Assembly: GCA_963518445.1 (NCBI GenBank)
Contig: CAUQIU010000001.1
Span: forward strand, 774 to 64,773
From: an uncultured Candidatus Saccharibacteria bacterium
GTDB lineage: Bacteria > Patescibacteriota > Saccharimonadia > Saccharimonadales > Saccharimonadaceae
Direction: 5' to 3'
DNA: 64,000 nt
Part shown: piece by piece, positions 30,268-39,426 of the stretch
Layout of the letters: the number at the start of each line of letters is the position of its first letter
How positions within the stretch are numbered: position 1 is the stretch's first letter
Position numbers and translations under genes: made by a program
The notes under the pieces: model-generated
What the model was told of the DNA's origin: nothing
What the model saw: only the letters and a program-made list of their open reading frames with translations
The model's database searches: none

Positions 30268-30941
30268 GTCAAAGTGAACGCCTGCAAGCCATCGTCCTGA
30301 GAAGAACCGATTACGGCGAGGCGGATCGAATTTTACATCTATTGACTTCGGCGGGGCGACGCAACGTAATTGCCAAAGGTGTGCGACGCGAAAAAAGTAA
30401 ATTGGCAGGCGGTATTGAACTATTTGCGCTGTGCGACGTGGTGGTGCGACGTGGGCGCGGCGAGTTGGGGATTTTGACCAGTGCGCAGCTGCAGCAATTT
30501 TATCGGCATATTCTGGACAGTTATGAGCGGATGCAATTTGGTTATGAGATGCTGAAATTGGTCAATCGAGCGAGTGAACAGGTTGACGAGCCGGCCTGGT
30601 TTTCGGTGGCACAGCAAGTGTTGGCGCAATTGAACAATGTGAAGGTTGAGCAAAAACTGATTGAAACCTGGTTTTACTTGCAATACGCTGGGTTGCTGGG
30701 TGATGAGCTCAATCTACGCACTGATGTGACAGCCCATACTTTGTCACCTGACAAAACATATATGTACGACAGTACGGAAAAGGGGCTGCGACTGGCGGAG
30801 CAGGGCGACTTGTCAGCGGACGCTATCAAACTGCTTCGGCTCATCCAAGCGAAGCCGCTGGCGACTGTGGCGCAAATTGGCGGGATAACTGAGGTGATCA
30901 GTGTTTGCTGGCTGGTCGCGCGGCAGCACGCGGCGGTGTAA
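30264..30941 (+). CDS. recO: DNA repair protein RecO
   Basis: N-terminal OB pattern LQAIVLRRTDYGEADRILHLLT…GRRNVIAKGVRREKSKL. Confidence 0.8.
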   Translation: MSQSERLQAIVLRRTDYGEADRILHLLTSAGRRNVIAKGVRREKSKLAGGIELFALCDVVVRRGRGELGILTSAQLQQFYRHILDSYERMQFGYEMLKLVNRASEQVDEPAWFSVAQQVLAQLNNVKVEQKLIETWFYLQYAGLLGDELNLRTDVTAHTLSPDKTYMYDSTEKGLRLAEQGDLSADAIKLLRLIQAKPLATVAQIGGITEVISVCWLVARQHAAV

Positions 30942-31017
30942 AATTGCCTATAAAAATGGTATAATTTAAGCAGTAATTGTGAATCGCCATGTTGCCAACA
31001 TGGAGAAAGGTTTTTTG

Positions 31018-32364
31018 ATGAGTCAAGCAAAAATGGAAGATATTATCAGCCTGTGCAAGCGCCGCGGTTTTATTTATCAGGGGTCGGATGTGTATGGCGG
31101 TCTTTCTGGCACCTGGGATTACGGCCCACTGGGCGTGCAGCTGAAGCGTAATATCATGAATTTGTGGTGGCGTCGGTTTGTTGACGAGCGCGATGATATG
31201 TATGGCGTCGATGCGGCGATTTTGATGAATCAGAAAGTATGGCGGGCGAGTGGGCATGTGGATACCTTTGTCGATCCGCTGTGCGAAGATACGGTCAATC
31301 ACCGCCGTTTTCGCACCGATCATATTCTCAAGGACAACGGCGTTGACGCCGATGGTATGACCATGGAACAGATGGATGCGGTAATTGCTGAGCTCGGCAT
31401 CAAAAGTCCTGATGGCAATCCGCTGAGTAAGTCACGGACGTTTAATATGATGTTCAAAACGCACGTTGGCGCGACCGAGAGCGAGGACAGTATTTCTTAT
31501 CTCCGCCCGGAAACCGCCCAAGGTATCTTCACCAATTTCAAAAACGTCGTCGACAGTTTCTACCCGAACTTGCCGTTTGGTATCGCTCAGCAGGGCAAGG
31601 CGTTTCGCAATGAAATTGCGCCGCGCGACTTCGTCTTCCGTTCCCGCGAGTTTGAGCAGATGGAGATCGAATATTTCGTCGACCCTGAGCATTGGCAGGA
31701 GGCGTTTGATGAGCTGCTCGCTAGCACGCATGAGTTTTTGGCAGAACTGGGCCTTAGACAAGAGCACATTCACGAGCTGGACGTGCCGGCGGAGGATCGG
31801 GCGCACTATAGCAAAAAGACGATCGACATTGAGTACGATTATCCAATCGGTCGCGAGGAGTTGATGGGTATTGCGTATCGGACCGATTTTGACCTGATGA
31901 ACATCCAGCGCGCCAGTGGTAAGAGCATGGAGTATACCGTCAAAGGAACGAACACAAAATTTGTTCCGCACGTCATCGAGCCGTCGTTTGGTGTCGAGCG
32001 GGCGCTGATGGCGGTACTGTCGGGCGCGTACCGTGAGGACGAGCAAAACGGTGAAAAGCGGGTGTATTTGGCGCTGCCAGAGCATTTGGCGCCGGTCAAA
32101 TTTGCCGTCTCACCGCTGCTCAAAAATAAGCCAGAATTGGTAGAAAAAGCCCGCGAAGTCTACGCCGCACTTGCCAAAGCCAACCCTGGCCGAGTGATGT
32201 GGGACGACAACGGCAACATCGGCAAGCGCTACCGCCGCCAAGACGAAATCGGCACCCCGCACTGCGTGGTCATCGACTTCCAGACGCTGGAGGACGACAC
32301 CGTTACCGTGCGCGAGCGGGATACGACGGAGCAGCGGCGGGTAGATGTGTCAAAGCTGGTCTAG
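31018..32364 (+). CDS. glyQS: Glycyl-tRNA synthetase (alpha2 type)
   Basis: IISLCKRRGFIYQGSDVYGGLSGTWDYGPLG, FRNEIAPRDFVFRSREFEQMEIEYF, EPSFGVERA. Start moved to the ATG at 31018, which has a GGAGAAAGG Shine-Dalgarno. Confidence 0.9.
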   Translation: MSQAKMEDIISLCKRRGFIYQGSDVYGGLSGTWDYGPLGVQLKRNIMNLWWRRFVDERDDMYGVDAAILMNQKVWRASGHVDTFVDPLCEDTVNHRRFRTDHILKDNGVDADGMTMEQMDAVIAELGIKSPDGNPLSKSRTFNMMFKTHVGATESEDSISYLRPETAQGIFTNFKNVVDSFYPNLPFGIAQQGKAFRNEIAPRDFVFRSREFEQMEIEYFVDPEHWQEAFDELLASTHEFLAELGLRQEHIHELDVPAEDRAHYSKKTIDIEYDYPIGREELMGIAYRTDFDLMNIQRASGKSMEYTVKGTNTKFVPHVIEPSFGVERALMAVLSGAYREDEQNGEKRVYLALPEHLAPVKFAVSPLLKNKPELVEKAREVYAALAKANPGRVMWDDNGNIGKRYRRQDEIGTPHCVVIDFQTLEDDTVTVRERDTTEQRRVDVSKLV

Positions 32365-32379
32365 GGTTCAGAGGCGGCT

Positions 32380-32994
32380 ATGGAGGCAAGGAATAGGGAG
32401 AAGTTGGTTGAGATATTTCGGTTTAAGGTTCAGGAGTTGGAAAGACACTTAAGCAGTCCTACAAAGTCATCGCTTATAGAGTGTTCGAGTATCTTAAGGT
32501 TATTGCTTTTATCTGATGAGTGTGGTCTTTTTGGTGATCTTGCACGTAAGATTCCACGTTTTCGTACAAGAAAACGTGGAAGGAAAATAGTTATGTTTAA
32601 CGCTCAACTACAAGCAGACTCTCACATACGAGACCTGCCGTCAGGAGAATATGTTCATGCTGTAGTTAGGGGTGATGCGATACCTGAAAATAGTTCAGGG
32701 GTATATAATAGGGATGATTTTCTTAAACTTTCAGTTATAGATGTTCAGCTTTCAGATGGCAAAGTAATAACTATGACCGTTAGGGATGTTATTAAATTTA
32801 TTGCTAATAAATTAGGGGGCGTTCACGTTGATTATAGTTCTCGTGAGGAGAAAAATCAGATATTGTATCAACTTGATGATAAATACCAGCTACAGATTGC
32901 AGGATCTGTCATATTTTCTATTAAAGGTTTGTCCGAAATTGTTCTAGCAACTTGCAAGAGGGTGGACGAGAGATTAGTTGGGTTGGGATATTAG
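32380..32994 (+). CDS. Hypothetical protein in a low-GC insert
   Basis: 204-aa ORF. A sampled line gives about 32% GC against about 50% in the flanking genes. No motif recognised. Confidence 0.45.
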   Translation: MEARNREKLVEIFRFKVQELERHLSSPTKSSLIECSSILRLLLLSDECGLFGDLARKIPRFRTRKRGRKIVMFNAQLQADSHIRDLPSGEYVHAVVRGDAIPENSSGVYNRDDFLKLSVIDVQLSDGKVITMTVRDVIKFIANKLGGVHVDYSSREEKNQILYQLDDKYQLQIAGSVIFSIKGLSEIVLATCKRVDERLVGLGY

Positions 32995-33065
32995 CCCGTG
33001 TTTTCGTTCTAACTGCTAGGAATATTCTCGTGCCAAAATGTCAGGTATAAAGTATAATTACTCTC

Positions 33066-33548
33066 ATGACAAAAATCACCAAAGGACATATCATTACACA
33101 GAATCTAGATGGCACGGATCATTTGGATTGTCTGTATCGCATCTCGCTCAAAGCGTTGATTTATAACGATGCTGGGCAGATTTTGGTCGTCAAAGAAATT
33201 GATCGGACGTATTGGGATTTGCCTGGTGGTGGTATGGATTTTGGCGAGACGATTGAGTCGTCACTGAAACGCGAGCTATATGAAGAAGTTGGCTACAAGG
33301 GCGGTTTGCGCTATCAGCTTTTTGACGCGTCGGATGAGATGTACATTGAGCGGATTGACGCTAATCAAATCTGTTTTTATTGCCGTGTCTGGCCGGAGAA
33401 TTTTGATTTTATACCAGGTGAAGAGGGCGATGAGGTAGTGTTTATTGACCCGGAGGAATTGCCGCTTCAGAAGAGCGAGGTTGACGCACCAGCTCGGGCA
33501 TATGCGGCGCATGTGAAATGGCAAGAAATCAGTGGCTGCATGAAATGA
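33066..33548 (+). CDS. NUDIX hydrolase
   Basis: Nudix box GGGMDFGETIESSLKRELYEEVG. Confidence 0.85.
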   Translation: MTKITKGHIITQNLDGTDHLDCLYRISLKALIYNDAGQILVVKEIDRTYWDLPGGGMDFGETIESSLKRELYEEVGYKGGLRYQLFDASDEMYIERIDANQICFYCRVWPENFDFIPGEEGDEVVFIDPEELPLQKSEVDAPARAYAAHVKWQEISGCMK

Positions 33549-33560
33549 TATAATTATGCT

Positions 33561-34290
33561 ATGACGAAACCGTTTTTACTGCTACAATCGCGCCCTGAGG
33601 CTGAAGCATCAGATGATGAATATCAAGCGTTTTTGAAATTTGGTGGGCTGGAGGCCGATCAATTAGTGCGGCTGAGGCTAGAATGCGGTGATGAGCCAGC
33701 GGTGAATTTGGATGATTATGCTGGGATCATCATGGGCGGTGGTCCGGCTAATTTCGCGTACGACGAAGCGCAAAAATCGCCTGAACAGAAACAATTTGAA
33801 AGCTATATCTTGCCGTTGATGCGTCGAATCATTGAGGCAGATGCGCCATTTTTTGGGAGCGTGTTTAGGTGTTGGCGCGGTGGTGACGGCCATGGGTGGA
33901 CGGATGAGCTTTGAATATCCTGAGGCGGTTGGCGCGGTGGATATTACTGCAACGCGCGAAGGCGAACAGGACGACTTATGTAAAGATTTTCCAGCAGTTT
34001 TCCGCGGTTTTGTCGGACATAAAGAGGGTGTAATTGACCCGCCAAGCGGTTGCACGGTACTGGCTCGCTCAAGCACTTGTGTGCAAATGCTGCGCGCTGG
34101 CAATAATGTTTACGCCACACAATTTCACCCTGAACTTGATGCTGACGGTCTGGCATTACGCATCAATATCTATAAACACGCTGGCTATTTTGCCCCCGAA
34201 GAAGCCGACTTGTTAATAGCCAATGCTCAGCAAGAATCTATTACCTGGCCAGAGCTGGTGCTGCGGCGGTTTGTGGAGCGATATCGTTAA
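33561..34290 (+). pseudogene. Class I glutamine amidotransferase, interrupted by a +1 frameshift in a T6 run (33849-33854)
   Basis: The N-terminal half (IIMGGGP…) is in frame 33561. The nucleophile elbow FLGACLGVG and ATQFHPE are in frame 33832. A T5 run would fuse them as …DAPFLGACLGVG…. Confidence 0.6.
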
Positions 34291-34318
34291 AAAAGTAAAT
34301 CTGAGATATAATAAAATC

Positions 34319-34876
34319 ATGCGTATAATTCGTAGCGTTCAAGCCACAAGGTTTCGTCATATTGGGGTATTGCTTGTGCTTTTTCTCCTTGGTATGATGG
34401 CGATGCGGTTCGCGGCTAGTTATGTGTCGTCGGTTGCCAGTGGTGCGGGGATATTTGATCTTAATTTTGGTAATGATGGTATTTATGTTCACGATAACCT
34501 TTTGGCGCTAGGCGATGCTGGTAGAAACGTCTATCTGTACACTTTTCTACCTATTGACACTATTTATGCGGCGATATATGCGGTATTTTATGTCTATACT
34601 TCGGCGTTTTTCCTGCGGTGTACTGTGCCTAATTGGTGGAACCATACTCGATGGCTAGTATTGCTTCCTGTTCTAGGTGCTATATGTGACTGGTTGGAAA
34701 ATATGTGTTTTGCTTTCATGCTTATCCAGCCTTCAACATCCGTAAACCCGTTATTAGTAACAAGCACTTCGCTACTAACTAAAGCAAAATTTGTCTTGGT
34801 GTATTTGTCGTTATCAATTGTGTTAGGGCTAGTACTAAGCTGGTTAGTGTGTTGTGCTCGTGTCAAGCGACGCTAG
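34319..34876 (+). CDS. Hypothetical integral membrane protein
   Basis: About 5 TM helices. The ATG at 34319 lies 6 nt after TATAAT (34307-34312). Confidence 0.45.
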   Translation: MRIIRSVQATRFRHIGVLLVLFLLGMMAMRFAASYVSSVASGAGIFDLNFGNDGIYVHDNLLALGDAGRNVYLYTFLPIDTIYAAIYAVFYVYTSAFFLRCTVPNWWNHTRWLVLLPVLGAICDWLENMCFAFMLIQPSTSVNPLLVTSTSLLTKAKFVLVYLSLSIVLGLVLSWLVCCARVKRR

Positions 34877-34946
34877 GAATAGTAGGTGTTTTAAGTTTAC
34901 ATATTGTTAAGCGTACAGCTGGAGCCTTGTGTGCTATAATAACCAT

Positions 34947-35615
34947 ATGCATATTATTCTTGGTGGGACGAGCGGACTCGGCCTGGAAATGGCGCGGCAG
35001 CTCAGGAAAAATAGTAAACGCGTGTTGGTACTGGGAAAGACGCATAATACCCAGGAGCACGGCGAGGGATTCCCGTTGGATGTATACTATCCCGAGCAGG
35101 TTGAAGCAGCGCCAGCGCGGATTGAGCAGATTTTGGGCAGTGACGCCATTGAACAATTTGTGTGGGCAGCGGGCTATGGCTGGCGTGGTAATTTCGAGGA
35201 TCAGCCTGACGCGCGCTCCATGGCTGAGGTGAACTTCGCTGGTGCGTTGCCGTTGGTACAGTGGGCGTGGCGTAAGATGGCTCGTCAAAACCAGAAGTCG
35301 GTGCTAACCATCATCGGCTCAACCAGCAGCGTCAAAGCTCGCGGGGATGAAGCGGTATATGTGGCGACCAAGCACGCCCAAGCAGGACTGGCGCGCAGTT
35401 TGGGAATGCAGGCGGATGAACAGAAATTGCCAGTGAAAGTTGCACTATTTTTACCAGGCGCCATGAAAACGCCGTTCTGGAATGGCCGAGAGCTACCAGT
35501 TGATTATTTGTTCTTCAATGACCCAGCCAAAGTGGCCGCGCATATCATCACTGCGGTTAATCACCAGCAGCAACCATTCCTGGAATGGGCGCTGCCAAAG
35601 GGTACGTTGACGTAA
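34947..35615 (+). CDS. Short-chain dehydrogenase/reductase (SDR) family oxidoreductase
   Basis: ILGGTSGLGLEMA (TGxxxGxG-like), SS…YVATKHA (S…YxxxK). The ATG lies 6 nt after TGCTATAAT. Confidence 0.75.
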   Translation: MHIILGGTSGLGLEMARQLRKNSKRVLVLGKTHNTQEHGEGFPLDVYYPEQVEAAPARIEQILGSDAIEQFVWAAGYGWRGNFEDQPDARSMAEVNFAGALPLVQWAWRKMARQNQKSVLTIIGSTSSVKARGDEAVYVATKHAQAGLARSLGMQADEQKLPVKVALFLPGAMKTPFWNGRELPVDYLFFNDPAKVAAHIITAVNHQQQPFLEWALPKGTLT

Positions 35616-35640
35616 GTTTTTTTCGTGATATAGTCAAGCT

Positions 35641-36639
35641 ATGGAACTGATGGGTATAAACATTGTCGTTATCGGCGGCGGTACGGGTAGCTTCACATTA
35701 CTGAGTGGATTAAAAAATTATACACACAACATTACCGCCTTGGTTAATATGGTGGATGATGGTGGATCAACAGGACAGCTGAGGGACGAATTGGGGGTTT
35801 TGCCGGCTGGTGATGTCCGGCAGTGCTTGGTGGCGTTGAGTACCTCACCAAAGGTGAGAGACCTGTTTAACTACCGTTTTGATGAAGGTAGTATGAAAGG
35901 CCACGCGTTTGGCAATTTATTCATGGCAGCCTTGGAAAAAATGACCGGTAATTTTACGGAGGCTGTCAAAGTTGCCGGAGAAGTGCTCAATATCCGAGGA
36001 CGAGTAGAGCCCATCACATTTGACAATATAACGCTTGTTACGCGGCTGTCTGACGGTACGGTTGTGAGAGGTCAACATGAGGCTGAATCATTGATTATCC
36101 CTGTTGGTGAGCGCCCGTGGTTGGACCTGGAGCCGACCGCTCGCATCAATCCTCAGGCACGGCAGGCGATATTGAGTGCGGATTTGGTGGTGATTGCGCC
36201 GGGGTTGCTGTATGGTAGTCTGGCGCCGGCTTTGTTGGTCAGTGGCGTAACGCGCGCCCTCGCTGAGACCAAGGCTAAAAAGGTGTATGTTTGTAACCTG
36301 GTGAACAAGCCTGGTCAGACTGATGAGTTTACGGTTGCGGATTATGCCAGTGAAATTGAACGCTTTGCAGGTGTCAAATTGGACCATGTGCTATACAATA
36401 ACCATCGCCCGTCGCAAGAATTGATCGACCGGTATGCCAAAGACGGCGAGATGTTGGTCGAATGGAACAAAGAAGAGCTAAAAAAGAAGCATTTTTACGC
36501 TTCGGGAAAACGATTGATCGCTGATGAAGTTTGGGAGAACACCAACGCTACTAGTGACCCGCTGGCAGCGCAACGCAGTTTGATTCGACACGACGCTGAC
36601 AGAGTAGCACGCGAGTTGATGCGAATTTATTTTGCCTAG
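35641..36639 (+). CDS. YvcK/CofD-like (UPF0052, gluconeogenesis factor) protein
   Basis: VVIGGGTGSFTLLSGLK…NMVDDGGSTGQLR…LPAGDVRQC. TTGACG-17 nt-TATAGT promoter, with the ATG 6 nt after the -10 box. Confidence 0.75.
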   Translation: MELMGINIVVIGGGTGSFTLLSGLKNYTHNITALVNMVDDGGSTGQLRDELGVLPAGDVRQCLVALSTSPKVRDLFNYRFDEGSMKGHAFGNLFMAALEKMTGNFTEAVKVAGEVLNIRGRVEPITFDNITLVTRLSDGTVVRGQHEAESLIIPVGERPWLDLEPTARINPQARQAILSADLVVIAPGLLYGSLAPALLVSGVTRALAETKAKKVYVCNLVNKPGQTDEFTVADYASEIERFAGVKLDHVLYNNHRPSQELIDRYAKDGEMLVEWNKEELKKKHFYASGKRLIADEVWENTNATSDPLAAQRSLIRHDADRVARELMRIYFA

Positions 36640-36707
36640 ATGAATTGAAGATGCAAGGGAAGCGCTGTACTTGCAAAATATTATATTTTGTGATATAGTG
36701 TAAGCTG

Positions 36708-38417
36708 TTGATTATGACAAATAATACACAAAAGTCAGAAAAGATGATTGATAATTCTGGTAATCCCTCTCGGAGAGGCGAGATATTCTTTCATTCTGAA
36801 GCCTTATCTAAGGAGCTAGTGGAGACGTTTGGTGGTCATCATATGACGCCAGCGCGTCGTTCGGCAGCAAAGCTCATCATAGAGATGCCGACGGATATCG
36901 AAGAGAACGAACGTATTGAATACATCACGTCGGCACTTGACAATGATGAAACCATAACCACCGAGTCTCACCGAGATGTGGTGATTGGTATTCTTGAGGA
37001 TTACGAAGTCTTACAAGGTTTGTTTGAATCATATATTGAAGGAGTTGACGAGACAACACTGCAAGGTAAAGCATTGCGGCTGGAGGATGGTCAGCAAATC
37101 CCTGGTGATTTAGGAGAGGACAATACACAAAGTCCGTGGTCTGAGAATCCGCCAATCCCGGCGCCACGTATTGATGATTTGATCAAAGCCTTTTCGACAA
37201 AAGGTGAGGGTGCTCAGGGTGTTGGGCTGGAGACGGCGATGATCGTTGGGGCGGTAACACTCGCTAAATTAAAGACTACGCCGTATCACGACGCAGCAGT
37301 TTACAAACAGGCAGTGTTTGCAAAAAACTTTTTGATCCCGGTATGTAGTATTGTTGGGCTTGATAACCTAGAGTCTGAGTTGAATGACGAAGTAGATATC
37401 ATTACTGGGCGAAATATTGGCGATGGCATGGATGGCAGCGATTTGAGTAATGATATTGATTCGCTTTTGAACGAGGTAGACAGAGTGATATCGCTGCATT
37501 TTGGCCCTAAGGACTCGGTTGATCCTGAGCGATTTAATTTTGCTATGAATAATATCAATCAAATCTTTACTCGGTTGCTTGGTAAGCCAGATTTGCGGCC
37601 AGCTGTGGAGACAACCTCACCTCACAACACGTTGTTTGCAGTTGGTACTGTGACAGCGCGAAACGGTATTAAGGCAGAGGCACGAGCTCGTGGTAAGGGA
37701 CGAGGCTCGTACCTTATAAAGTTTTTACGATCCATAGGATACTATGAGCCGCACTCTCAGCCACTGAAGGATGAAGGTGATCTTCACCCGATTGATCTGT
37801 ATGGCATGACGGTAATTGCCGAGGATGATAAGCAGATGGCTGATTTGTATGTTGAGGCAGTGATCAATGCCCTGAATGATGAGAATATTACGCCATATCC
37901 GGCGCCCGGACGCGATAAGGAATGCTTTGTCATCAAGGGATCTCCAGAATTTCAGGAGAATATTCGCAGGGCAGTCCTTGAGAGGATTCCTGACGCCGAC
38001 ATGGAATTATTTAGTTTTAAAGACAGCGGCAGGGACTTTACCGATGCAAAAATTACTGGTTTTTCTGAGACGGGTGACAAGCGTGTGCCATTTGCACCAT
38101 TTGAGATGCAGTTCTCGACGCCAGATGCTCGTTTGGTGGCGCGCACTGGTAAAGAAGCGGCACACTTCTTCTTTAAGCTGCGCAAGATATATGGTGATTT
38201 GGTGAGTATGACTGACGAGACAGCTGATGCGATAATCGATATTTGGCAGCGTAAGCAGGATTACTTTACGAGCGCTGATGATAGTGCCAAGGAATATCAC
38301 CTGACAAACCAGAGTCGTGAACGAGTAGCGCACTTTAAGGAGCAGGCATTAGATAGACGTAAATCCTTGCTTAAACACGTTCGCGATATGGCGAGACGAG
38401 CACTGGATAGTATATAA
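36708..38417 (+). CDS. Divergent RelA/SpoT-homologue (RSH) nucleotidyltransferase-fold protein
   Basis: The C-terminal half aligns by eye to the Rel synthetase core. GRGSYLIKFLRS matches GRPKHIYSIYRK, PIDLYGMTVIAED matches IFDLIAIRCV, and FEMQFSTPDARLVARTGKEAAHFFFK matches IEIQIRT…VAEYGVAAHWAYK. Confidence 0.45.
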   Translation: MIMTNNTQKSEKMIDNSGNPSRRGEIFFHSEALSKELVETFGGHHMTPARRSAAKLIIEMPTDIEENERIEYITSALDNDETITTESHRDVVIGILEDYEVLQGLFESYIEGVDETTLQGKALRLEDGQQIPGDLGEDNTQSPWSENPPIPAPRIDDLIKAFSTKGEGAQGVGLETAMIVGAVTLAKLKTTPYHDAAVYKQAVFAKNFLIPVCSIVGLDNLESELNDEVDIITGRNIGDGMDGSDLSNDIDSLLNEVDRVISLHFGPKDSVDPERFNFAMNNINQIFTRLLGKPDLRPAVETTSPHNTLFAVGTVTARNGIKAEARARGKGRGSYLIKFLRSIGYYEPHSQPLKDEGDLHPIDLYGMTVIAEDDKQMADLYVEAVINALNDENITPYPAPGRDKECFVIKGSPEFQENIRRAVLERIPDADMELFSFKDSGRDFTDAKITGFSETGDKRVPFAPFEMQFSTPDARLVARTGKEAAHFFFKLRKIYGDLVSMTDETADAIIDIWQRKQDYFTSADDSAKEYHLTNQSRERVAHFKEQALDRRKSLLKHVRDMARRALDSI

Positions 38418-38425
38418 TTACCTAT

Positions 38426-38851
38426 ATGACGATTTACTACACTGACGGTTCTGCTTCGCCAAATCCCGGTCCGGGTGGCTTTGCGGTCATTCGCGATCTC
38501 CAGCCGTGGATCTTGGGTTCCGAGGACGGCGAGACGACCAATATTCGCATGGAAGGCAAGGCACTGATTGCGGCGCTTCGGGACGCTGACGGCGCGCCAT
38601 GCGTGATTTATACTGATAGCGAGTTTTGGATCAACGTAGTAACTAAGTGGGCTCCAGGCTGGCAGCAGCGCGGCTGGACAAAGAAGGGTGGCGAGATCAA
38701 AAATCTGGACATCGTGCGTGAGCTATATGAGCTGTACTCAAATTCGCAGGCGGAACTCCGCTGGGTGCGCGGCCATGAAGGCGACGAGGGCAATGAGCTG
38801 GCGGACACCTGGGCCAACCGAGCTCGTGAAGGTGAAAGATTGACTAGATAA
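38426..38851 (+). CDS. rnhA: Ribonuclease HI
   Basis: YTDGSASPNPGPGGFAV, TNIRMEGKALIAAL, YTDSEF, GHEGDEGNELADTWAN (DEDD residues). Confidence 0.85.
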   Translation: MTIYYTDGSASPNPGPGGFAVIRDLQPWILGSEDGETTNIRMEGKALIAALRDADGAPCVIYTDSEFWINVVTKWAPGWQQRGWTKKGGEIKNLDIVRELYELYSNSQAELRWVRGHEGDEGNELADTWANRAREGERLTR

Positions 38852-38874
38852 CGCATTCATGATATAATGTAAAC

Positions 38875-39390
38875 ATGAGCGAATTGCATTTGCCAAAGCA
38901 CGTGCAGCTGGATTTACATCCATTTTACGACTCTTCAAATACGGCCGATCAGCTGTACGTACGCATTGGTGTTGCCACGGCGGTTGATATTTGTGGTGAT
39001 GTGCTATATGTCAGGGCAGGTGTTGGTGACAGTAAGGATCACAATGAACTAGCCAGCAAGGTTGATCCAGGTAGTGATAAAAATATAGTGCTACCGTCTG
39101 AGATGTATGCAAAGCAGGGAATAGCGACTACGTGGTATTATCCTAACTTGGGAGACAGGTTTGAAGGGCTGGCTGGTCCGATGGTGAAGGAAGGTCTTAA
39201 CCCAGAGGCTAAACTGACATGGGAAGAGACGAAAAAATGTTTAAGGATGGCGGCGCTGGCGATTGGTTTGTTTATGATCAAATCGCCGTCCGATGTGGTA
39301 GAACGGACTGATCTCCATGCTATTGCGGTTAGTGAAAAAGATTTAACTGCAGCAAAAGAGCAATTTGGTAAGTGTATAATCTCAACTTAG
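38875..39390 (+). CDS. Hypothetical protein (171 aa)
   Basis: ORF with TGATATAAT ending 6 nt before the ATG. No recognisable motif. Confidence 0.45.
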   Translation: MSELHLPKHVQLDLHPFYDSSNTADQLYVRIGVATAVDICGDVLYVRAGVGDSKDHNELASKVDPGSDKNIVLPSEMYAKQGIATTWYYPNLGDRFEGLAGPMVKEGLNPEAKLTWEETKKCLRMAALAIGLFMIKSPSDVVERTDLHAIAVSEKDLTAAKEQFGKCIIST

Positions 39391-39426
39391 CTGGTAGTGC
39401 CTAGTAAAAATTGCTATACTAAAGTA

